64,000 nt of DNA from Planctomycetota bacterium (GCA_965223845.1 CBDCXR010000004.1:1504001-1568000); one strand, 5' to 3'. Shown: positions 18,941 through 28,975, counted from the first letter of the stretch. The notes: generated from the letters alone by a model not told the origin. Numbers and translations are program-made.

Positions 18941-21900
18941 TCAGCTCGACTGCCCGGCCGATCGGGGCTTCCGTTCGAAGTCCGTCGGCTTGAGTCCGAG
19001 ACGCTCGAACCGACGGTACACGCTCCGCGTCGTCTTGCGCAGATGGTTCGCGATGCGTTCCATGTCGCCGTCGAACCGATCGAGGAGATGCTCGAGGTAG
19101 CTCTCTTCGAGCTGGCGCGAAACTTCCTCGTAGTCGCGGCCCTCGAAAACCCCGGGAGAGAAGAGACGGGCATCCCCGGGTCGGTCGAGCGCCGCAGCGA
19201 CTTCGCGCTCCCGCGGCTCGCCGGCGCACTCGACGCTGAGCCGTCGAAGCACGCTGATGAGCTCGCGCACGTTTCCCGGCCAGCGGTGAGCCCGTAGAAC
19301 CGCGATCGCACCATCGGACCACGGAGGTGCGGATTCGCCCGCGAATCGCCGCCAGTAGTGGTCGACGAGCGCGGGGAGATCGTCGAGTCGCTGTCGCAGC
19401 GGAGGGACTTGGATTCGCCCCCCGCTCAGGCGGAAATAGAGGTCCCGGCGGAAGCGTCCCGAGCGCAGAAGCGCGTCGATGTCCCGGTGGGTCGACGCGA
19501 TGAACCGGACGTCGAGCTTGCGCGGGGCCGTGCTGCCGACCGGCCGGACGGCATCGCCCTCGAGGACGCGGAGAAGTCGCGTCTGAAGATCCTCGGCGAG
19601 GTCCCCGATTTCCTCGAGGTGAAACGTTCCGCCCCCCGCGCGAAAGAGAAAGCCGGTTCGAGATTCGTCCGCCCCGGTGAAGGCTCCGCGCTCGTAGCCG
19701 AAGAGATCGGCCTCGAAGAGGTGGGGCGGAATGGCGCTGCAGCTTTGCGTCACGTACGGAGATGCCGCCCGCGGACTCAAGAGATGAAGGAGCTTCGCGA
19801 GGCAGTCTTTCCCGGTGCCGGACTCGCCGGTGATGAGGACGGGAAGCTCGCTTTGAGCGAGGCTGGCGACGCTCCCGAGGAGTTTTCGCATCGCGCGGCT
19901 TCCGGCGACGAATCCCGTCTCCTCGGCGAGCGCGACCAAGCGGCGCGTGCGCGTCCGACGCCCGGACTCGAGCGCGGCCGTCTCGGCGTCGCGGATCGAC
20001 TTTCCGGCCTGGACCCACTCGGTGAGTGCCGGTGTCGGCGGGTCGACGCCGGGACGATCGACGCGGGCGGAGCTCAGATGCGGCGCGAGCAGCCGCGCCA
20101 CGAGAGCGAGGAACTGATCGTCGGCGCGCGCGAATTCGCCGCGAGATCGTACGGCGAGAACCGCTCCCGTCACCTCGTCGCGAAATCTCGCCAGAGCGGC
20201 TGCGATCGAGGACGCGTGCGGCGATGGTCTCGACTTAGACTTCCAAACGACAGAGCTGCCTGCATCCGAGTGCAGGACGACGCGATCGGCGCCGAGCACC
20301 GCTCCGACGCCCTCGGCGACCTCGCCGAACGCCCGCCGCTGCTCCGCCGGGTCGTCCGCCGCGGGAAGGAGGCGCGCGATCTCGGCGATCGCGCGATCGT
20401 GAGCGACCGGGGCGGACCTCGAGCGGCCCGCTTTCGAGTGCCTTTCCCGTCGAAACGCCCCGAGTTGGAACCGCGACCACGGGTCCCGATTCGCGAGCGA
20501 ACTCCGATCGCGAGGAGCTAGGCGGGCGGCGGCCGCCCGCGCCGCATCGCCGAGTCGTCGCTCGGCGTTTGGATCAAGGCGTGCTCCTGCGTCGAGTCGA
20601 CTTCTCGCCGCGCGGAGGCAAGCGCACTGGAGTTCGAGGTCCGGCGAAGCGGAAAGCTGCGGATCGCCGATCGCCCGCGAGAGCGCGTTGTCGATGCTCG
20701 CGATGAGTGCGCTCGCTGAATCGCCGCCCTTGGCGTCGAGTGGGAGGCTCACGAGACGAGCGAAGGCGCAGCGAGCGTCGAGGAGAGCGAGTCGTACGCC
20801 GCGTTGACGCGGAGTCCGGTCGCGGTGCGACTCGAGCTCGATCGCGCGCGCTTCGTCGATGATCGAGCTGACGGCCTCGGGAGCCGCGCCGCGCCGAAGC
20901 TCGAGGTCGGCTTGGGCGAGGAGCGCCTCGAATCGGGTGACGTTCAGCCCCCACGCGCGGCAGCGATCGATCGCAGATTGGACGCGTCGCGCGGCATTCG
21001 CGAATCGTCCTCGTTCCATCGCCGCGATGCCGCAGTAGAGATCGTTCCACGCGGCAAATTGGGGCGCGGCCTCGAGCGCGTCGCGCGCGACGCGCGCTCG
21101 AGATGGCTCCATTCCCGAAAGCGCGCAGGCAAGATCGAGCCGAGCCCGCCGCATCGCCTCGACCGCACGAGCCGCGGTCGGTGCGGCGAGCGGCGGCGCG
21201 AGAACCTCTCGCGCGTCGGAGTAGCGACCGCCCGCGATCAGATCGTCGCTGTGATGGAGGCGCGCGAACGCAGCGAGAAACGCATCGCCGAGCTCTTCCG
21301 CCTCGCGGCGGACGGATTCCCAGTCCACGCTCGCGCCGTCCCCGGCGAGGCTCGCGATGAGCGCGCCGGTGTAGCGACACGAGAGGCCGAGCCGGCGCGA
21401 CTGCTGAACGGCGGGACTCGCGAGGAGCTCGTCGAAGATCTCGGCGGCGCGATGGAAGTGCCCCTGTTTGGCGAGAATCTGCGCCGTGTTCGCACGGATG
21501 CTGCTTCGACCGAGGATGTCGGCCCGCACGCGGGCGAGCTCGTCCGCCCGCGCGAGGACGGCGAGCGCGTTCTCGAGATCTCCGGCGAGATGGAGCGCTA
21601 GGGCGAAGTTGTTGAGGAGGACGCCGAGATCGATCGATGCTTCACTCGATTCGGCGACGGCGAGACCCGCGCGAAGACGTTCGATCGCTTCGTCGGCGCG
21701 GAGCTGGCGGATGAAGATCTGGCCGGCGACGGAGTAGAGGTCGACCGCGCTCTGCTCGCAGCCGGCGAGTCGGGGGCGAAGCCGTTGCCACGCGCCGATC
21801 CCGGTCTCGGCGTGACGGAGCGCGACCTCGGGACGGCCGGCGAAATGGTGAAGGAGCGCGAGCTCCGCGTGCGCCCGGAGAACCTCCGCCGGCGCGACGT

Positions 21901-24139
21901 CCTGCCCTTCGCGAACGCAGCGTTCGAGGACCTTCCTCGCCTCGTCGACGCGTCCTGCGCGCTGCGACGTCGAGGCGAGTCGACGGAGATCGGTCACGAG
22001 AGCGGCCGGATCGGCTCGCGTCTCCGTCCGGCGCGCTTGCTCGCGGCGCGCGTCGGCCGCCTCTTCGTATCGACCTCGCGCTTCGAAGAGATCGGCGAGC
22101 CGTCCGAAGCACTGCTCGCGGGCGGAGTGGGACCCGGCGTCCGCCGCCCAGCGGAGAAGCTCGACGGCGCGGGGGACGATCCATGCAGCGAGCGGAGTCG
22201 GACGCGCGATCCAGGACGAGACCGCCGACGCGGCCGCGCGTCCGTCGCCGGCTTCGCGTCGGTGCCACGCGAGCTCGAGGAGAACGTCCTCGCGTCGAGC
22301 CTCGAGATTCGCCGCGACGCGGGTGTGCGTCGCCCGTCGATCGACTTCCTTAGCGTGGGCGAGCGCGGCGTCGCGAAGCGAAGCATGGACGAGGCGAAGC
22401 TCCCCCTCCTGAACGACCACCAGTCCGCGTCGCTCGAGCTCGTTCACGCCGGAGACGCAGTTCCCCCGCGCGTTGTCGTAGCTCGAAAACTCGTCGGGGG
22501 AAACCACGCGATCGAGGACGGCGAGCGTCAGCGCCGCGACGCGAGCGTCGGTGCCCAGTCGACTCCATTCGCCGGCAAGGTCGATCGCGACCTCTCCGGC
22601 CGGAGTCTCGCCGCCGCGAGCGCGGGTGAGGGCGTGAACGCAGAGCAGGGGGTGGCCGCCCGTCTCGCGATGGATGCGGTGGCGGAGAGAAGCCGGAACG
22701 TCCGCGCGGCGAGACCGGCCGTCCGGGGCGACGACGTCGATCGCTTCACACTCCGCGCGAGAGAAGGGTCCGAGCGCGCAGCGTTCGGCGTGGGTATCGA
22801 GGAGGGAGCGAAGCTCGGACGACTCGATGCGAGCCTCGTCGAACGAGACGACGATTCCTCCTATCGCGTTCGCGCTCAGCCGCAGGGCTGCGGCGAGCTC
22901 GAGGAGATAGCGCACGGCTTCGCCGTCGGCGAGGTGGAGATCATCGATCATGAACAAGAGCGGGCGGCGGAGGAGGCGTAGCACCGCACCGACCTTCTCG
23001 CCGTGGCCGGGCGACGTTGTCGAAGCCGAGTTCGCGTCGCCGTCCAGGCAGCGAGCGCAGCGAACGAGCCGGTCGACCAAGGACCCCGTGGGGTCGTCGC
23101 CGCATCGGATGGTGAGCGCTTCGGCGCCGTCCAGTTGGGCCGCGATCGAAACCTCGTCGAGGAATCGCGTCTTCCCGAATCCCGCCGGCGCCACGACGGC
23201 GAGAAGAGGCGGTGTCTGGGGGCGGCCGCGACGCCACTGCGCGGCGGCGCGAAGAGCGGTCGTGCGACCGACGAACGCCGGGTCGGAGAACACCGGCGCA
23301 CGCCGCGGCCGCGGCGACGCGCGACGAGCGCGTACCCACGCCGCGAGAAACTCGCCCGCGTCCGCGTACCGCTCCGCAGGCGGCCGGAGGAGGGCTCGCG
23401 AGATGACGCTCCACGTGTCGCCGGGAAGATCGAGGGGCGCGATGGGGCGATCTTCCCGGTGCGCCCGAGTGACCTCGGCGACGCTGCGCGCGGTCACGGG
23501 CGGGCGCCCCCCGAGGACCGAGTAGAAGGTCGCCGCGAGCGAGTAGACGTCCGACGCTGCGGTGGGCGGCTCTCCACGAAAGATTTCGGGCGCCGCGAAC
23601 GGCAGCGTTCCGCGACCCATCGGAGTCGCGTCGCCCGAGCGGGCGCGGACGAGTCCGAAATCGATCAGGACCGGCCACGGATCGCCGACTCGACCCGGTA
23701 CGAGGATGTTCGGGGGCTTGATGTCGAGATGGAGCAACCCGCGCCGGTGGAGGAACGCGACGGAAAGGATGACCCGTTCGAGGATCTCCTCTGCCTCTTC
23801 GGACGTCGTTGTCGACGCGTTGCGTGCGAGCCGGTCGGCGAGCGATTCGCCCTCGACCCGCTCCATCGTGAAAAACGGGTGCGCGCCGTGGCCGGAGGAG
23901 TCTCGATCGGAGACGCCGAAATCGAGTGCCCGCGCGATCCCGGGATGCCGCAGGCGACGAAGAGCGGCGAACTCCGCCCGAAGTCTCTCCGCATCGTCCA
24001 TCGACCGGTAGATTTTGAGCGCGACCGGGCGACTCGGGGCGAGCACATCGTCGGCGAGATAGACCCTTCCCATTCCTCCCTCGCCCAGAAGCTCGCGGAG
24101 CACGTAGCGCGGGTGACGGAAGGGTTCGGGGGAGCTCAT
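18941..24139 (-). CDS. Ser/Thr kinase - P-loop ATPase - TPR - (GAF-like) - sigma54 enhancer-binding protein fusion
   Basis: Kinase: LGEGGMGRV, VALK, HLDIKPPN, DFG, APE. Central P-loop: APAGFGKT, FMIDDLH. TPR-like helices. bEBP: [32 protein letters not shown]-terminal HTH. Confidence 0.9.
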   Translation of the reverse strand: MSSPEPFRHPRYVLRELLGEGGMGRVYLADDVLAPSRPVALKIYRSMDDAERLRAEFAALRRLRHPGIARALDFGVSDRDSSGHGAHPFFTMERVEGESLADRLARNASTTTSEEAEEILERVILSVAFLHRRGLLHLDIKPPNILVPGRVGDPWPVLIDFGLVRARSGDATPMGRGTLPFAAPEIFRGEPPTAASDVYSLAATFYSVLGGRPPVTARSVAEVTRAHREDRPIAPLDLPGDTWSVISRALLRPPAERYADAGEFLAAWVRARRASPRPRRAPVFSDPAFVGRTTALRAAAQWRRGRPQTPPLLAVVAPAGFGKTRFLDEVSIAAQLDGAEALTIRCGDDPTGSLVDRLVRCARCLDGDANSASTTSPGHGEKVGAVLRLLRRPLLFMIDDLHLADGEAVRYLLELAAALRLSANAIGGIVVSFDEARIESSELRSLLDTHAERCALGPFSRAECEAIDVVAPDGRSRRADVPASLRHRIHRETGGHPLLCVHALTRARGGETPAGEVAIDLAGEWSRLGTDARVAALTLAVLDRVVSPDEFSSYDNARGNCVSGVNELERRGLVVVQEGELRLVHASLRDAALAHAKEVDRRATHTRVAANLEARREDVLLELAWHRREAGDGRAAASAVSSWIARPTPLAAWIVPRAVELLRWAADAGSHSAREQCFGRLADLFEARGRYEEAADARREQARRTETRADPAALVTDLRRLASTSQRAGRVDEARKVLERCVREGQDVAPAEVLRAHAELALLHHFAGRPEVALRHAETGIGAWQRLRPRLAGCEQSAVDLYSVAGQIFIRQLRADEAIERLRAGLAVAESSEASIDLGVLLNNFALALHLAGDLENALAVLARADELARVRADILGRSSIRANTAQILAKQGHFHRAAEIFDELLASPAVQQSRRLGLSCRYTGALIASLAGDGASVDWESVRREAEELGDAFLAAFARLHHSDDLIAGGRYSDAREVLAPPLAAPTAARAVEAMRRARLDLACALSGMEPSRARVARDALEAAPQFAAWNDLYCGIAAMERGRFANAARRVQSAIDRCRAWGLNVTRFEALLAQADLELRRGAAPEAVSSIIDEARAIELESHRDRTPRQRGVRLALLDARCAFARLVSLPLDAKGGDSASALIASIDNALSRAIGDPQLSASPDLELQCACLRAARSRLDAGARLDPNAERRLGDAARAAAARLAPRDRSSLANRDPWSRFQLGAFRRERHSKAGRSRSAPVAHDRAIAEIARLLPAADDPAEQRRAFGEVAEGVGAVLGADRVVLHSDAGSSVVWKSKSRPSPHASSIAAALARFRDEVTGAVLAVRSRGEFARADDQFLALVARLLAPHLSSARVDRPGVDPPTPALTEWVQAGKSIRDAETAALESGRRTRTRRLVALAEETGFVAGSRAMRKLLGSVASLAQSELPVLITGESGTGKDCLAKLLHLLSPRAASPYVTQSCSAIPPHLFEADLFGYERGAFTGADESRTGFLFRAGGGTFHLEEIGDLAEDLQTRLLRVLEGDAVRPVGSTAPRKLDVRFIASTHRDIDALLRSGRFRRDLYFRLSGGRIQVPPLRQRLDDLPALVDHYWRRFAGESAPPWSDGAIAVLRAHRWPGNVRELISVLRRLSVECAGEPREREVAAALDRPGDARLFSPGVFEGRDYEEVSRQLEESYLEHLLDRFDGDMERIANHLRKTTRSVYRRFERLGLKPTDFERKPRSAGQSS

Positions 24140-24145
24140 GGCTCC

Positions 24146-24178
24146 ATTCTACGGCTCAGATTGACGGAAAACGTCAAT
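24146..24178 (-). promoter_or_regulatory. putative -10 (TAGAAT) 6 nt before the ATG, with an inverted repeat over the -35 region
   Basis: Minus-strand TAGAAT at 24151-24146; ATTGACG-N5-CGTCAAT at 24160-24178. Confidence 0.45.
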
Positions 24179-24250
24179 TCTGGGTGCAGTTGGCCGGCTG
24201 GTGCGCGCCGTCGCCCGGCTTTGGCGGGTAGCGGCCCGCGGCTCTTGGCG

Positions 24251-25465
24251 TCAAACGAGCATCCCCGCCACCGCCGCGGTGAGGAACGAAGCGAGGGCGC
24301 CGCCGAGCATCGCGCGAAACGCGAGCTCGGAGAGCTCCTGGCTGCGTTCCGGCATCAGTTGGCGGAGCCCGCCGAGCGTCACGCCGATCGAACCGAAGTT
24401 GGCGAAACCGCAGAGCGCAAAGGACGCGAGATGCGCCGTCCGGGGCGCGATGTCACCGGTCGCTAACATGCCTTGAAGCGACTGGAACGCGATCCATTCG
24501 TTTGCGCAGATCTTCAGGCCGAGCAGCGTGCCGAGCCGCGCGGATTCGTCTCCCCACTCTGCGCCGAGGATCCAAGCGAGGGGACGTAGAACCGCTCCGA
24601 AGAGCGACTCGAGCGACGTGCCCGCGCTTTGGAGCGGCCAGTTGACGAGCGCGATGAGCGCGTTGAAGACGAGCAGCATCGCAGCCACGTTGAGTGCGAG
24701 GAAGAGACCCTCCTTGACGCCGCGCGCGATCGCATCGAGCAGATTGTGGCCGCGCGCCTCGAACTCGATCTTCGGGCGATCGAGTGTCTCCGGCGTTCCG
24801 GTTTCGGGGACGAGGATCTTGGCGATGAGGATCGCAGCGGGTGCCGACATGACCGATGCCGCGACGAGGTTCGGGCCGTAGTCTTCACCGACGAAGCTCA
24901 GGTAGACACCGAGGACGGTGCCCGCCACTGTCGCGAACCCGCCGCACATGAGCGTCATCAACTCGGAGCGAGTCATCCGCGTCAGGTAGGGCCGAACGAC
25001 GAGCGGCGCCTCCGTCATGCCGACGAAGATATTCGCGGCGACGGCCATCGACTCGGCCCCGCTCACGCGGAACGTCCGCCCGAGGACGCGCGCGATGGCC
25101 GCGATGATGATCTGCATGACGCCGGCGTGATAGAGGATCGCCATCAATCCGGCGAAGTAGATCAGGATCGGAAGGGCCTGAAACGCGAGGTAGTTCGCGC
25201 CGCCCGGCGGCTCCTTGGACCCGATCGGGCCGAATACGAGGCTAGATCCTGCGTAGCTGAATTCGAGGATCCGCGTAAACACGCCGGTGATGCCCTCGAT
25301 GGCTCGCGCGCCGATCTCCGTCTTGAAGAAAGCGAGGCCGAGGAGGACTTGCACCCCGATTCCCCACGCGACGAGGCGGTAGGGGATGCGTCGGCGTGCG
25401 GTCGAAAGCGCGGCGGCGAGGCCGAGAACAACCGCGATGCCCAGGATCCCGCGTAGTACGTCCAT
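24251..25465 (-). CDS. nupC: concentrative nucleoside transporter (CNT/NupC family)
   Basis: SGAESMAVAANIFVGMTEAPL; GFATVAGTV; SVMSAPAA; KICANEWIAF; FALCGFANFGS. Confidence 0.93.
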   Translation of the reverse strand: MDVLRGILGIAVVLGLAAALSTARRRIPYRLVAWGIGVQVLLGLAFFKTEIGARAIEGITGVFTRILEFSYAGSSLVFGPIGSKEPPGGANYLAFQALPILIYFAGLMAILYHAGVMQIIIAAIARVLGRTFRVSGAESMAVAANIFVGMTEAPLVVRPYLTRMTRSELMTLMCGGFATVAGTVLGVYLSFVGEDYGPNLVAASVMSAPAAILIAKILVPETGTPETLDRPKIEFEARGHNLLDAIARGVKEGLFLALNVAAMLLVFNALIALVNWPLQSAGTSLESLFGAVLRPLAWILGAEWGDESARLGTLLGLKICANEWIAFQSLQGMLATGDIAPRTAHLASFALCGFANFGSIGVTLGGLRQLMPERSQELSELAFRAMLGGALASFLTAAVAGMLV

Positions 25466-25684
25466 CGACTTCCTCCCGCTGATCGCCGTCTTCGGATTTG
25501 CGCGTGGACGCGTCCGTACCTCTCGGTCCGACTGGGTGAGCGGATTACACGCGATGCTCCGCCGGCTTGCAACGCGCTCGATGAGGTGAGCGATCGGACG
25601 CGAGGCGTTATCGGCCGCGTGTTCACGTCCCGAGTCAAGGACGTCGATGGAGACGAAGTCGAGAGCGCAGTTTGAGGTCCCGAG

Positions 25685-27625
25685 TTGATGTCCTTCGCCG
25701 GTTTCTTCCGGATCCTAGTTCGACGAGTGATGGACGGCCGAGCCTCGGCGTCCGATCGCGCCGGCTCGTCTTCGGCGATTCGATCGCCCGTCGTTCGCGC
25801 CGGCGTCATCGCTCCGGCGTGTCTCGTCGGGCTCGGGTTCATCGCCTTCGCTCCGGCGCTGAGCGCCGGCTTTACGTTCTGGGACGACAACATCTACGTT
25901 ACGCAGAACCCCCTTGTCTGGGAGCTGACTCCGCAGTCGATCTGGCGTGTCGCCACGACGTTCTCGAACTGCAACTACCACCCGCTCACGTATCTCTCGT
26001 ACATGATCGAGTACGCCCTCTTCGGTGCGGCGCCGTGGGTGTATCACCTGACGAACGTTTTGCTCCACATCGCGTCCTCGATTCTCGTTTATTTCCTCGT
26101 GGTGCGCTGGATTCGATTCCCGGCGGCGGCGCTCGGCGGCGCGATTCTCTTCTCGCTCCACCCTCTGCGCGCCGAGTCCGTGGCGTGGGTCGCGGAGCGG
26201 AAGGACTGTCTCTCGACGTTCTTTTTCTTGGTGTCCGTGCTCGCTTACGTTCGTTATCGCGACACGCAGAGCGCGCGCTGGTACTGGTGGTCGCTCGGGG
26301 GCTTCGTGCTCGCTCTCCTGGCGAAGGTCATGGCGATTACACTTCCCGCGGTGCTCGTCCTCGTCCTTCTCGCGCGGCGCGAATGCCGCTGGTCGACACT
26401 GCGACCGATCCTCCCGTTCGGAGTGCTGTCCATCGTGTTCGCGGTGATGGGAGTCCTCGCGCAGTCACAGGATGGCGCGGTGAAGGGACTCCACGGCGGA
26501 TCGTGGGGGCACCACCTGCTGTCGGTGCCCGTCGCGGTGAGCTTCTACGCAGAGAAGTGGCTCTGGCCGGAGCTTCTCTCCCCGCGCTACGTTCTCGAGC
26601 CGGTGACTCATCTCGGCGACCCGCGAGTTCTCGTCGGCCTCGCGCTCGCGGCGGGAGCCGCGATCCTCGCGGGCTTGAGCTGGCGGCGACGACGAATCGT
26701 GTTTCTCGGGGTCGGCTTCGCGGCACTCACCTGGGCGCCCGTGAGCGGAATCGTGCCGACGAGCACACTCGTCGCCGATCGCTACACGTATCTCCCGTCC
26801 GTCGGTCTGTCGGTTCTCGCCGCGCTCGTAATCGCGGCGGTGGCGATCCTGCCTCGTCGCGCCGAGACGCGCCCGGCGCTCGGGTCGGGAATCGCGGTCG
26901 CGCTCGCTCTCCTCCTCGTGCCGGCGACGTACGCGCAATCGGCGCGCTGGCACGACGGGATGACACTCTGGACGTCGGCGCTCCGCGAGAACGAGCTCAA
27001 TCCCTTCGCGCACAATCAGCTCTCCGTCGAGCTCCTCTTTCGCGAACGCTACGAAGAGGCCGCGACCGCGGCGGAGCGCGCGGCCGAGCTGGGTCTCCGT
27101 GGCCCCGAATACGACCTCAATCTCGCCCTCGCCTACCGCGGCCTCGGCGACCATGAGCGCGAGCTCGAGGTCGCGCGCGCGCTCGAGCGCGAATACCCCG
27201 ACTCCTTTGTCGGCTCGCTCATCTCTTCGCGCATCGCCGCAGAGAGCGGACGGCACTCCACCGCGCGCTCCATCCTCGACGCCGTCGCCGTGCGCTTTCC
27301 GAACGAGGGAAGAATCCTCGAAGCCCGAGGCAACCTCCTCGCTCTCGCGGGCCGGTACGAGGAAGCCTGGACGACGTATCTCGATTACATGAACTCGGGG
27401 GGGCGGCGACGGGCGGCTCTTCTCGGAGCCGCGGTCGTCCTCGCGCGCGCGGACGAGCCCGAGCTTGCGCTCGACGTCGCGGAGATGGCGCTCGGAATCC
27501 CTGGAGAGTACTTCTGGCTCGAGAGCCAGGAGCGGCTCGACGAGCTAAAGCAACTCTACACGGCTGAAGCCCTTTGCTCGTGGTCGGCCCGCGCCGAGAC
27601 GCTGAGCCTACCCGAGACGCGCTGA
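25685..27625 (+). CDS. GT-C fold membrane glycosyltransferase with C-terminal TPRs (TMTC-like)
   Basis: WDDNIYVTQNP; YHPLT; YHLTNVLLH; HPLRAESVAWVAERKD; LALLAK; ADRYTYLPS; many TMs followed by TPR-like helices; start uncertain. Confidence 0.8.
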   Translation: MMSFAGFFRILVRRVMDGRASASDRAGSSSAIRSPVVRAGVIAPACLVGLGFIAFAPALSAGFTFWDDNIYVTQNPLVWELTPQSIWRVATTFSNCNYHPLTYLSYMIEYALFGAAPWVYHLTNVLLHIASSILVYFLVVRWIRFPAAALGGAILFSLHPLRAESVAWVAERKDCLSTFFFLVSVLAYVRYRDTQSARWYWWSLGGFVLALLAKVMAITLPAVLVLVLLARRECRWSTLRPILPFGVLSIVFAVMGVLAQSQDGAVKGLHGGSWGHHLLSVPVAVSFYAEKWLWPELLSPRYVLEPVTHLGDPRVLVGLALAAGAAILAGLSWRRRRIVFLGVGFAALTWAPVSGIVPTSTLVADRYTYLPSVGLSVLAALVIAAVAILPRRAETRPALGSGIAVALALLLVPATYAQSARWHDGMTLWTSALRENELNPFAHNQLSVELLFRERYEEAATAAERAAELGLRGPEYDLNLALAYRGLGDHERELEVARALEREYPDSFVGSLISSRIAAESGRHSTARSILDAVAVRFPNEGRILEARGNLLALAGRYEEAWTTYLDYMNSGGRRRAALLGAAVVLARADEPELALDVAEMALGIPGEYFWLESQERLDELKQLYTAEALCSWSARAETLSLPETR

Positions 27626-27629
27626 CGGC

Positions 27630-28346
27630 TCACTCGTCGCGATGGAGCTCGAGCGGCACGCGGGTGACCGCAATATCGCCGCCGAAGCAAACGTCGACAT
27701 CGCGCTCGGGAGTCCGCTTCCGTTCGTGGTAGCTCCCGCTGTAGCGCGCGGTCGCGCGGTCTCCCTCCCACACAGTTTCGTACGCGATTTCCAGTGGATT
27801 GAAGTCGAGCCGACAATCGCGCAGGGACGGCGAGTCGTTCGGCGCCGCGAGGTGGGGGAGGTTGACGTTCCAAAAATGCCCGTCTTCGTGGTCGCGCGAG
27901 AGGAGTTCGCGAAGCGCGGTGGCCGCGTGGCGCTCGGAGGCGCTCCAATCGACCGGAAAGGTTCGGGCGAGAAACTGCGAGATCGCCACCGCGGGTCGTC
28001 CGAGCAGCGCCGCCTCCCGCGCCGCTGCGACCGTGCCGGAGACGTACACGTCGGCGCCGAGATTGCCTCCGGCGTTGATGCCCGAGATCACCCAGTCGGC
28101 GTCGGGGCAGAGCTCCGACACGGCGAGTCGCGCACAGTCGACCGGCGTGCCGCCGACCGCGTACCAGCCCTCCACGTGGAGGGCGATTTCGATCGCGTCG
28201 GAGGTCGTCGTCGCATGCCCGACCCCCGATTGCGGGGTTGCGGGCGCCACGACGGTGCACTCACCTAGTTCGCGGCACACGCGAAAGAGGGCGGCGAGGC
28301 CGGGCGCGGCGATACCATCGTCGTTCGTGAGGACGATCCGAAGCAC
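27630..28346 (-). CDS. surE: 5'/3'-nucleotidase SurE
   Basis: LTNDDGIAAPGL; QSGVGHA; GTPVDC; SGINAGGNLG; SGTVAAARE; NVNLP. Confidence 0.95.
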   Translation of the reverse strand: MLRIVLTNDDGIAAPGLAALFRVCRELGECTVVAPATPQSGVGHATTTSDAIEIALHVEGWYAVGGTPVDCARLAVSELCPDADWVISGINAGGNLGADVYVSGTVAAAREAALLGRPAVAISQFLARTFPVDWSASERHAATALRELLSRDHEDGHFWNVNLPHLAAPNDSPSLRDCRLDFNPLEIAYETVWEGDRATARYSGSYHERKRTPERDVDVCFGGDIAVTRVPLELHRDE

Positions 28347-28478
28347 GTCTCTACGGAAACCGAAATCTTCGCCGTTGTCGACCGGACCGCCGCGGTCTGC
28401 GAACCGGGTTCTTCGGGAAGGGACCCGCCGCCCCGTCGCGTCGCCGCGATTCTACCTCGACTCGGACCCGAATGGAGC

Positions 28479-28673
28479 TCAGGCGAGCTCTGCGACCACT
28501 TCGTTGGGCATCAACTCGGGCCGCTCGCGGAGGGACTCGAGTCCCCGGATGAGGGCGGCGAGATCACTTCGAGGAAGGACGGCGGAGGCGTACTGAAGAA
28601 TGTCTTCCACGCTCACGCCGTGCTCTTCCATCGCGAGGACGGTGTCGCAGTTGCATTCGAACTGTGGCTGCAT
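28479..28673 (-). CDS. small hypothetical protein (64 aa)
   Basis: GAGAGGAA before ATG 28673; protein-like composition (MQPQFECNCDTVLAMEEHG...). The longer ORF call overlaps the tRNA and was trimmed. Confidence 0.5.
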   Translation of the reverse strand: MQPQFECNCDTVLAMEEHGVSVEDILQYASAVLPRSDLAALIRGLESLRERPELMPNEVVAELA

Positions 28674-28932
28674 CGGATGGTTCCTCTCGATAGCCCTCTC
28701 TGCTTGAAGTATCGGAATTCGCCGGGGGAGTCTTTCGGTCGGCGCGCGCGCGGACCGCGGATCGACCGAAAAGGTCGCACCGAGCGTCTCGACGGGTGGT
28801 CGTGCCGCCGTCGCCATCTCTCGAGAGGAAGCGCTCGCGAGTTCGTGAGCCGAGTTTTCTCGGCGCAGGACGCCCCGATCGAACCGCACGACCCGATTTG
28901 AGGAGGGAGCGCGGCCGGCTTGGGCTGGGGGG

Positions 28933-28961
28933 TTGATTCCGCGAACCTCGTCCGTCATCTT
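28933..28961 (+). promoter_or_regulatory. possible sigma70 promoter for the tRNA
   Basis: TTGATT-N17-CATCTT just upstream of the tRNA. Confidence 0.3.
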
Positions 28962-28975
28962 TGTGGCTCCCTCGT

